This document shows, piece by piece, positions 54,608-64,000 of a stretch of DNA of 64,000 nucleotides (the first letter of the stretch is position 1; each line of letters starts with the position of its first letter). Position numbers and translations under genes: made by a program. This DNA is from Octopus sinensis (taxonomy: Eukaryota). Where the stretch lies: NCBI RefSeq assembly GCF_006345805.1, contig NC_043005.1:56234001-56298000 (forward strand), given 5' to 3'. The notes beneath the pieces are model-generated. The model was not told the origin of the DNA. It did no database searches and saw nothing but the letters and a program-made list of their open reading frames with translations.

Positions 54608-55587
54608 TTAATCTCTTAACTTTCACTTGTTTTAGTCATTAGATTGTGGCCATGCTGGGGCACCAACTTGAAATTTTAATCTGGTATTTACTCTATTGAT
54701 CCCTTACAAGGGCGTAAATACACCAACACCAGTTGTGAAGCAGTGGCAGAGGACAAACAGACACAACAAAAACAACACACTATCATCATCATCATCATTT
54801 AACATCCATTGTCCATGCTGGCACAGCTATACAATGGGCTTCTTTCTGTCTCCGTCTAACAAATCCACTCATAAAGCTTTGGTCGGCCTGAGGCTATAGA
54901 AGACGCTTGCCCTAGGTTCCATGCTGTGGGACTGAACCCAAAACCATGTGGTTGGGAAGCAAGCTTCTTACCACACAGCCATGCCTGCACCTATTAATGT
55001 CCATTTTTCCATGCTGGCATGAATTGCTTAGATGAACTGCAATTTGGCAAACTCTCCATCTTCATCCTACTTCATTTCTTCTTAGATATCATTACCTCTT
55101 CCCATTCTTTCCTTGGATTCACTCATATCAAAGAAAAACAGCATGTAAACAACATACCTTATGTCTAATGAGATCTATTAATCCTGCAACACCATGGACC
55201 TGCCCTAGAAAGTCTTGCTTCATTCAAATTGGCAGAGCAGCAGCAGCTGTCATATGGGAAAGACAGCCCCAGCTGCAGCAACTGTATTTGAAAATATTAT
55301 CTGACAATCTGTTTTTGTTTCCTTTTTTGCAAGTATACTTCTTCTGCAGCAGCAAGTCTCCAGTTTCCCCACTTTTAAACATACCATAATATTTAGACTA
55401 AAATGAATAAAATTTAGAAAAGAATATCATTGTTTGAGATAATACCTGCTGAAATAAATTTACCTAAGACATTGTGTTTTTAAAAAAACTTAAATTTCCT
55501 AAATAATATTTTTCCTTCTGCTTTTCACAGGAATAGTTCTCCAAGATTTGTCTGTTGATGTGCCTCTATTATTGCATTTTCTTTCAG

Positions 55588-55659
55588 GCTGATCTGCGAG
55601 ACTGGAATCAATGTGAACGTGTGTCAAAGGTTTATGAATCAATGTTCAAGATTCTCAAG
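55588..55659 (+). CDS. SNTG1: Gamma-syntrophin exon: ADLRDWNQCERVSKVYESMFKILK
   Basis: Acceptor ctttcag, donor AAG|gtcagt; 72 nt; DW..VYE.MFK.LK motif. Confidence 0.93.
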
Positions 55660-55669
55660 GTCAGTGAGG

Positions 55670-55721
<52 letters not shown>

Positions 55722-55961
55722 GCGTCGTGTGTGTGTGCTTACAGCAAAGTGTACTTAAAAGGCTTAATTGAACATTTCTTTCTGTCACTTAAGTAATAGA
55801 ATATACATCAAATTATATATCTGTGTGTATGTATGTATGTATATATATATATATATATATATATGTTAAGTGAGACAGTTTGTGCCATTTATTTCATGGG
55901 CTCCTCGTGAGCGTTTGTCGAAAAGCTTGCTGTGCATTTTGTTGGAGAATTAAGTTCCTGG

Positions 55962-56047
55962 ATTTTCCTGAAGAGAAGGCTGCAAAATGGACTCCTTATT
56001 CAATCCGAATTAGGGACTTTGCAGCCTTCGAAACATATGTAGAAAAT
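55962..56047 (+). ncRNA. Type-I hammerhead ribozyme, intact core
   Basis: Stem I ATTTTC/GAAAAT; CTGAAGA; stem II GAAGGCTGCAAA/TTTGCAGCCTTC (12 bp); GAAAC-ATAT-GTA with palindromic stem III ACATATGT and GUA cleavage triplet. Confidence 0.88.
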
Positions 56048-56909
56048 AATAAAAAGGAATTTTGTTAAATCTTCGTTCAGCTCCATTTCTTCCTACACTT
56101 AATATATAAAACTTAAAATTTCCGCACTAAGGCACGGATTTTATGCCCCATGGTCGTAACTTCAACCGTGCGTTTTCTGTTGTGATTTTTGCTACCCAGG
56201 TATCGGTTATCATCATTTGAATTATCCGTAATAAGATAATTCATTTATCTACTTCAATAATATATATATATATATATATAAACAGTTAACAGGCAAGATC
56301 CATAGATTCTCAGTATAGAAGACAAATGATTTAAACTTGGACTCCAATATCTTTACAGGGGATCAATTCCACGGGGTAAAGAATTGCTATAAAAGGGATC
56401 GAGTTGAGCAGATATGAAGGCAATTATGTGGATAAGCAAATTAGATATATTAAATATAACAGTTTGCCTATGAAATACAAAATATATATATAATTCTACT
56501 AAGTTTTCAGTCAACTAAATGACCTGTCAGTGTTTTAAAGAGAAATAGGTATTGTGAAAGTATAAAAGTAGTTAGTTACCTTTTAATGCACATGTCAAAG
56601 GGATGGACAAACAGAGAAATTGTAATCCACTGCCAATTATATTTATAGATGTCAACGTAGACAATCTGTATGTTTATGGACATCGCCTTAAGTTCACAGG
56701 TATTGTTATAAGTGAACATACAATGCTATAAGTTAAGAAACATTGCTGTAACTTAACAGACATTGCCTTAAGTAAATATAAATGACTATAGGTGAAGGAG
56801 TATTTTTGTAACTTGAAAGTGTTGCTGTAAGTTTGCTATAGGAGACATCACTAAAACAAAAAAATAGACATTGCTCTAATCCTATATTTCTCTCCTATTT
56901 TTTTCATAG

Positions 56910-57062
56910 GACACAGAGTTAACTGATGACCGCCAACATTGCTTTATCATCCAGACTGGAAGTGGTAGTAGTATTTATCTTAGTTTGGAAAGTCGTTCTG
57001 AAGTGCTGCAATTAGAAAAAGCTTGGTACCGGACCAATCATCATGCTGTGACCCTACTAAAG
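56910..57062 (+). CDS. SNTG1: Gamma-syntrophin exon, PH2 end: DTELTDDRQHCFIIQTGSGSSIYLSLESRSEVLQLEKAWYRTNHHAVTLLK
   Basis: Acceptor ttttttcatag, donor AAG|gtgacc; 153 nt; D.R.HCF..Q...G...YLS.E motif. Confidence 0.93.
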
Positions 57063-57964
57063 GTGACCATCATATTTTATTTAAATATTAACAATGTTTC
57101 ATTACTGAAGAATGTAAGGACTGGCTCTTTGGATTTGCTTATTCCAGGTTTTTTGGCAACAGACACACATGTACGTGCATGTATGCACACACACAGTCAC
57201 ATTCACATGCTTACACAAACATGCACATGCTTATATTTACACTCATACATACATTTATGTTCACACACACACACACATCCTTACATTCACACATATACAC
57301 ACTCATACATCTTCTTAAACACACATTTTCACTATCCAATATATACTTACCTGATGTGTCATGCATATAAATACACACCGTTCATATATATATATATTGG
57401 CATTAGGAAAGCTATCCAGTCATAGAAACTATGTCTAAGCTGACACAGGAGCCTAACAGAGCCCTGGGGCTCACTGGATCCCGTCAAACTGTCCAGCCCA
57501 TGCTGGTATGCAAAACAGTTTTTAAATGATGATATATTCATTTCATCCCCGTTTAAAGTCCACCTTCTATGCTGACATGGATTGGATGGTTTGACAGTAT
57601 CTGACACATTTAAGGATTGTGTTGTGTTCCAATGTCAGTTTTGGCATGGTTTTTATATTTGGATCCCATTCCTCATGCCAACCACTTTAAAGAGTGCACT
57701 GGTGCTTTTTATTCATGACATCAGCACCAATGAGGTTACCATGTAGCTTGCAAGACTAAGATCCTCTTCGGCTGAATAAGACTAGAGTAGAGAGGAAGAT
57801 GGTTTTATGCTAGATGATGAGAGCTCAAACTATAAACTTTATTTAAATATTTGGTTGTGCATGGAGAAGTTTTACACCAACTATAACATTATATATCCTC
57901 CTGTCTCTTTTGTCACCCTCTGTTTTTTTTCTCTATATGCAAATTTTATTTGTATTACTTCCAG

Positions 57965-58057
57965 AGTAAAACATTTGGCTGTACTTGGAGAAGTTGTCTA
58001 TCAGGATTAACATTAGATATCCATGTTGGTTTTTCCCTATATGACAGTGAAACACGG
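57965..58057 (+). CDS. SNTG1: Gamma-syntrophin exon, SU domain start: SKTFGCTWRSCLSGLTLDIHVGFSLYDSETR
   Basis: Acceptor ttccag, donor CGG|gtaagt; 93 nt; KTF..GLTLD...GF.L.D motif. Confidence 0.93.
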
Positions 58058-59123
58058 GTAAGTGAAGTTTGTTTCACTCAGATAAAAAATGTGTAGAAGC
58101 CTGTTGCACACACGTGTGTGCATGTATGTGTGTGTCTGTGTGTGTGTGTTCATGTCCTCCCTCCCCTACTGCTTGACAGACAGTATTGATTTGTTTACAC
58201 CCCCATAACTTAGCTGGTTCACAAAACAAACTGATAGAAAATGTACCAGACTTCAAAAATAAAAGCTGGGCTTGGTTTGTTCCTCTACATCCTTCAAAAT
58301 GGTGCCCCAGCATGGCCACAGTCCAATGACTGAAACAAGTGAAAGAAGCTGAAAGTAGGTGTATGAGAGAGAGTGAGTGTATGTCTTGTACATTGTACAT
58401 ATATATGTAAGAGTGTACATATGTTAATGCTCATTATTTTCTTGTTTTCTCACATTTTATAAACTTTTCTTAGACATTTCAATCAATGGTCTTTAAATAA
58501 AAGATAAATGAGCAATGAACTAAATGCAAAAAATGCTGATTAAGAAATCAGTATAAATAATAAAAGATGATTCAGGCTCTTTCATTAAAATTACTGCCGG
58601 CTTTAAATAAATTAAAATTTCTATAGAGATTTCTGGAGTGTTGTATTCTCTTTATATTTTCATTTAACCATTTTGAGATCACCCTTCAATCAATGAAACA
58701 AAAGGTTTTGTTTTAAGTTGTTCACATTTAAATGAAAATGTTTCCATTGTAATTTTATTGAAATTGCTTTTGCTAAGGTAATTTTACAAACATCAGCTCA
58801 ATAATAAAGAGAAGACAGTTTTACTAAATCTTTACAAATTCTCAATTATTTTCAAAATTGCTTGAAACACAAAGCTGAAGTGTATCTCATAAGAAATATC
58901 ATCTCAATGATTTTATCTGAAAAATTTTCAGCCTTGATAATTGAATACATTAAAATCTTAATAGTTTTCATACCATCAGGTATAAATAAAATATGAATTT
59001 CGTTTTTTTTTTCTTTTTTTTTTTTTCCTCATCGTATTGGTATATTTGTTATGTAAAAGTGTAAGAAAGAAATACTAAATTATTTCATAACTGTTAATTA
59101 GTGAAACACTGGTTGTATTGCAG

Positions 59124-59234
59124 AGTTACATGTGGACATACAGATTCTCTCAGCTGAAAGGTTCCTCTGACGATGGCAAGTCAAAGTTAAAACTATTATT
59201 CCAGAATGATTCTACTAAGTTGATTGAAACAAGA
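59124..59234 (+). CDS. SNTG1: Gamma-syntrophin exon, SU domain: SYMWTYRFSQLKGSSDDGKSKLKLLFQNDSTKLIETR
   Basis: Contains W.Y.FSQLKGSSDDGK, diagnostic of gamma-syntrophins; acceptor ttgcag, donor AGA|gtaagt. Confidence 0.97.
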
Positions 59235-59749
59235 GTAAGTATGAGAAAACTAATCAGAAAGATTAACTAATTATTTAATTGATCAATTTCTCACAACAAT
59301 AGAAACACACTCATTGGTTCAACGTTTATGTAGGGGATGATGATTCAATAAGTACCAGCAATACACTAAAATCAACTCTATTACTGACCATCACCCTTTC
59401 CATTTTTCTGTTATCCTCTCTGTTTTGTTCCTCTCACCTGTATCTCCCCCCTCTCTCTCATTTAACTATCTCTTGTCTCTCTCCATTTAGGAATTTCCAC
59501 CGCCTGGCTCATCTTCCCCTTTCTCCCCAATCCTCTGCTTTTGTGGTAACTGGACTCTTGTTTGTGTTTCTTGGTTTGTTGAGGGCCACAAGTCACTGTT
59601 CTATTTTCTCTCTGCATTATTTCCTCTATTTTATTTACCGTACTATAAGATAATACTTTATCATTGCCTTGTCCCTCTTATTTCGTGCCTTTCCATCTTA
59701 AATTTGCCATTATAGATTCACTTTTCCTTATTTGTTCATCTTTTATATG

Positions 59750-60088
59750 CTGAGACCTCCTTAGGTCATGACCGAACATGAGATTGCACCTAGAAAGTTA
59801 CCCTCCCAGGCACAAGTCTGGGCAAAGTTGTTTTTATGGAAGACCAGCAGTCACCCATACATACTAGCCTCCCCTCTCCATGACACCAGTGTCATCCAAG
59901 GGAAAGGCAAAGGTGAATACAGCTTGGCACCAGTGATGTCACAACTCACTTCTACAGTTGAGTGAACTGGAGCAACGTGAACTAAAGTGTCTTGCTCAAG
60001 AACACAACATGCAGTCCAGTCCGGGAATCGAACTCACAACCTCATGATCATAAGCTCGATGCTCTAACCACTGAGCCATGCGCCTTCA
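59750..60088 (-). mobile_element. SINE family D (tRNA-derived, CORE-like)
   Basis: Minus strand GGCGCATGGCTCAGTGGTTAGAGCA..GAGTTCGATTCCCGG..CTTGAGCAAGACACTT; other copies ~20665-20978(-) and ~25907-26050(+). Confidence 0.8.
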
Positions 60089-60090
60089 CC

Positions 60091-60138
<48 letters not shown>

Positions 60139-60199
60139 GGAATAATTACTATGAAGCATTGTGTAGAATATATTGTATAAAAGATCGTGGGTAAGACCA

Positions 60200-60800
60200 A
60201 AACAATGTGAAGTAAATGCAAGGTAAATCACAAGAGAACAAATATGTGAATTAATGTAGACTTACCTTGCCTTCACTATTTCGGGGTTATGACCCCATTT
60301 TCAAGAAATTGATGAATGTTGCATGTGTGTTAGCATGTGTGGAGTGGACATGCACAGAAAGGTGTTGCTATAGCAACCAGCTAGCTTACTGTAACTCCCT
60401 TCTATTATTGACCTTGGGTTTCTTTTGGTGTATGAGGATAATCTCAGAGATTCTCAGGTTGCCCCTGTTCTGCTGTGTTGCCTTGAAGTGCACTGTAAAC
60501 TCCTGGGTCTGGCATTTCCATAGATGTTTCTTCACGGAAGTGTCTGCTTCCATGTGTTCTTTAATGCATACATGCAGTTTTCTTGTGTGCTTCCAATGTA
60601 GGATGCACCACATTTTCCACAGATGATCTCATATATGACATAAGCCCTCTGGCACAATTCAGGGTCATTGATGGGGCAGTTCAACAACGTGCACTTGCCA
60701 GAGGTGCCAAGCAGTGAGCAAACCTCAAATGACATTATTTTGAAATAAACCTCTGAACCACACAGATATGCACGTGTCTCTTGATAGCTTTATAAATGCC
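60200..60800 (-). mobile_element. Penelope-like element remnant: GIY-YIG endonuclease plus pLTR
   Basis: Frameshifted VIYEIICGKCGASYIGST..KLHVCIKEH..HLWKC..ISEIILIHQKKPKVNNR; downstream degenerate hammerhead TTGAAAAT-GGGGTcataACCCC-GAAA (60268-60310). Confidence 0.85.
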
Positions 60801-60868
60801 TTAATCATTCCATTATGTTGACATCAATTTACATTAAACATATTTATTTATTTTTCTTTTACTTGCAG

Positions 60869-60970
60869 GAAATAGAATGTACCAACTTGCAGACATTGCT
60901 ATTTTGTATACACGCTTTCCTCTCAGCTAAGTTAGCATCGGTGGACCCTGGTTTCCTGCATAATTTCTGA
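60869..60970 (+). CDS. SNTG1: Gamma-syntrophin last coding exon: EIECTNLQTLLFCIHAFLSAKLASVDPGFLHNF*
   Basis: Acceptor acttgcag; CIH.F..AK.A..DP.FL C-terminal motif; TGA at 60968-60970. Confidence 0.96.
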   Translation, partial: EIECTNLQTLLFCIHAFLSAKLASVDPGFLHNF

Positions 60971-61250
60971 CAGTTTGAAAACATTTTCGCTGTAATCAAC
61001 CAATACAACCTTATGTTCTGTCTTACTGTCTTGTTCCAATGACTGGTGACAACTTTTTCAACTTTGAACCCATTGAAACACCATGTGCCACTTAGTGTCA
61101 TTCAAGAAGAAAGACTTAACTTGTTTCGTCCATAGGGAAACCAAAGCTGTGTTTGTTATTCACAATCTGAACACATCTCGTCAGTTGATAATATCAGTCC
61201 TAGCTAAGGTTGCTAACTAACACCTATTCCCCATTTCTTCCTTGTTTTTT

Positions 61251-61285
<35 letters not shown>

Positions 61286-61805
61286 CATTATTATTATTAT
61301 TATTATTACTATTATTATTATTTGTTTTACTTTCCAAAGCTTCTGTTTGAAGCTACAAGTTGCTGACCAAAATACAAACAAAAAAAAAAGAAGAAAAGAC
61401 TTTTAATCTTTCCCAAAACAACAACAAAAACAAAATTTGTTCCTGTATATTTTTGTAGAAAATTTGTTAAAGATTATTTGGAGGTTAAAACAAACAAACA
61501 AAAAAAAGAAAACAGAAGAAAAAAATGGAGCATTTGATTTGTTGAGACATTCTAGCTAAAATTGTTTTTTGTCTTTGAACAATTACCATTTGATGTAAAA
61601 GTGTAATTGAGACTGCAAAGGTTGTGTTTGATGAAATATTCTAAACAATTGTGTTGACTGTAAATTGGTGTGAAGAACCAATATATTTGGTAATTATACA
61701 TGTTACTTGGTGAAATATTATAAACTATTGTAACCCTAATAATATCTTCTAAAGCCATTTCTATCCTATATTACTTGGTATATTAACATACAGTATGAAC
61801 CTATA

Positions 61806-61857
<52 letters not shown>

Positions 61858-62365
61858 TATGCCAGTTCATTTCATTAGCATTTTCTCATGTGCATGTTTG
61901 CATGCCCATATCAAGTAACATGTCAAAAGTATGGAGCAAATATGGTTGCTGCTACGATAAGTAGAGTTGAGCTTATGTGGGCTGCAGAAAATATATTCAT
62001 GAAAATCTCTTTAAAATAAGAGACTCCCCTTTATTAAAAAGAAAATGAATGATAATCTAATAATCATATAAGCTTCTTAAGAAATGTTTTAAGGAGTTTT
62101 TTGTCATGTGGAAGAATTCTGAATCTCATTTACTTCATTAAACACTGTTTTTTTTTTTGTTTTTATTACATTGCCACACATTCTCAAAGGGTTCAGGTCA
62201 AGGTACTATACTGACCATGTCATTTGAGAAATATGTTTATTACTTTACATTTTCACTGAGCTTTCTGCTAAGATCTATGGGAAGTGGCATTTAACAGCTT
62301 GGTAGATGAATGGGTTATTTCAAAATATATTGGCAACTACTTGCCACAAACGAGTGTGAAATTAT

Positions 62366-62464
<99 letters not shown>

Positions 62465-63260
62465 CAGAAGAAATTCACTTCATCTGACCCAGTAATATCA
62501 ACTCTACCATATGTGGTACATACCCAAAACATATAGTTTACTTTTGTTGGAATTCTCTCTTGGTTCAAAAACAATATGGTTTCCATTTCTAATAAGGTTT
62601 TCTCAAAGCAAAATCAGATTTGCTTTTTCCAATGACTTTTGGGATTTTTCTTCAGAAAAGTTCCATATTCTGCCATTGGTTCATTGTCCTGTGTCCTTTT
62701 ATTAACCTTGCACCATAAACTCGCCTCTGACCAGACTGTTGATTTTTCTTTTTAACAAACTGAGAAAGGCTACCAAATTTTGCAATTCTTGTAACCGTCC
62801 TTGTATGATCTTCCATTGAGCTATTCTCATGGAAACAAGCTGAGGTTCTGTTTTGTTAAATACTCATGTATTACCATTACAAACATTTAAAATTATTCTT
62901 TGAGTTTCTTTTACTAAGTGTAAATATTTTCCAGTACCCATCTGGTCAATACAGCCAGTTGTGGCTCACCATTTTGAGGGTTATTTTTTAACCCTTCTTC
63001 ATGTTTCAAATTTCTTCAGTATCTTTGTCATGGTAGACAGTGATAATGACATGTCAAATACTCAGGCCGTTTCTGGTTATATATAGTATCAGTATCTCAT
63101 TTCATATCAAAGATACAATAACTTTACTCGGACATCTATTGTCAGTTTACCACCAACCCCAAACCCCCACCACCCTGGCTACAACCACTAGATTTAGATT
63201 AAGCATGATTACATTATGTGAAATTTTATCACCCACTCATACCAATGTCATCCATTGTAA

Positions 63261-63271
63261 AATAAAATAAA
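63261..63271 (+). terminator. Probable polyadenylation signal (overlapping AATAAA x2)
   Basis: First AATAAA I could find after the stop codon; followed by T-rich sequence; the intervening 2.3 kb lacks recognisable SINEs. Confidence 0.5.
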
Positions 63272-64000
63272 ACAATATCTCATTTCATTTCTTTGTCCTT
63301 GAAGACGTTTGAATTTTCAAATAGATGGTCTTGTGTTAAAATTGAAATTATGAGAAAAAAGAAAAACAAAACAAAAAAACCACAACATTGTGTGTGTGTG
63401 TGTGTACATTTATGCCTGTTAATCAATATACCTATATACATACCATTTTGCAATATTTTTCTTTCCATTCTTTTTTTTTTCAAGATACAGTAAAGATTTA
63501 TTAAATGTTATAATATAGGATGAGTGCTTTAACATAGTATCCTAATATAATCTAGTAACCTAATATCATATTATAGAAAAAAAATTGATACATATATAAA
63601 CCTAATTTCCAGCTATGCTATGTTTTAGCTTCCTCTATACCAAACTAATAATAATAATTTTTTTCCTAATGTGGCTCAAGGCCAGAAATTTTAATAATAA
63701 TAATAATTCATTAAAAATAGATATAACAATCCTCTCAAGTACGAAAAAGCCCAGCTATGGAAAATGAAGAAGGTGTAGTGGATCTTGCATGCATGAAGTG
63801 GATTCGATCCACCACAGCCAAATTTAAATTAGCACTGCTACAGAACTTTTCCCATGGTGGAATAATGGTTTTTCTCTGATAGCAGTTTTACATTTTCCAG
63901 ATGCCTTTAGCTAGGCTGAAATAATGTCTTCACCACTTGACCTTTTCTAACCTCTTCTACTTCACTAAAAGCTAGAATAGAGATAACAAGACCACCAACT

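Noticed and set aside
60010-60088. tRNA-like sequence (also 20910-20978)
   Set aside because: Continues into a shared SINE body and lacks a proper acceptor stem; a SINE head, not a tRNA gene.

Overview
AT-rich, microsatellite-dense eukaryotic DNA. The SINE/LINE repertoire suggests an octopus or other coleoid cephalopod (inferred, not proven). The window holds the 3' part of one + strand gene, a gamma-syntrophin (SNTG1/SNTG2-like; end of PDZ, second half of split PH1, PH2 and SU domain). I rebuilt it by eye from 12 GT-AG exons whose phases all match, from 1-23 to the stop at 60970, plus one candidate 30-nt micro-exon. Most ORFs in the supplied track are microsatellite or repeat artefacts. The introns are packed with tRNA-derived SINEs, RTE-type LINE remnants, Penelope-like (GIY-YIG) remnants, and mariner, pogo, piggyBac-like, hAT and Helitron fossils. 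The most notable non-coding signals are: (1) several type-I hammerhead-ribozyme motifs from different repeat families, one fully intact on the pre-mRNA sense strand at 55962-56047; (2) a 10-copy array of a predicted H-type pseudoknot module in a LINE 3' UTR; (3) a pre-miRNA-sized hairpin; (4) SINEs inserted into their own family. All calls were made by eye and repeat boundaries are approximate.
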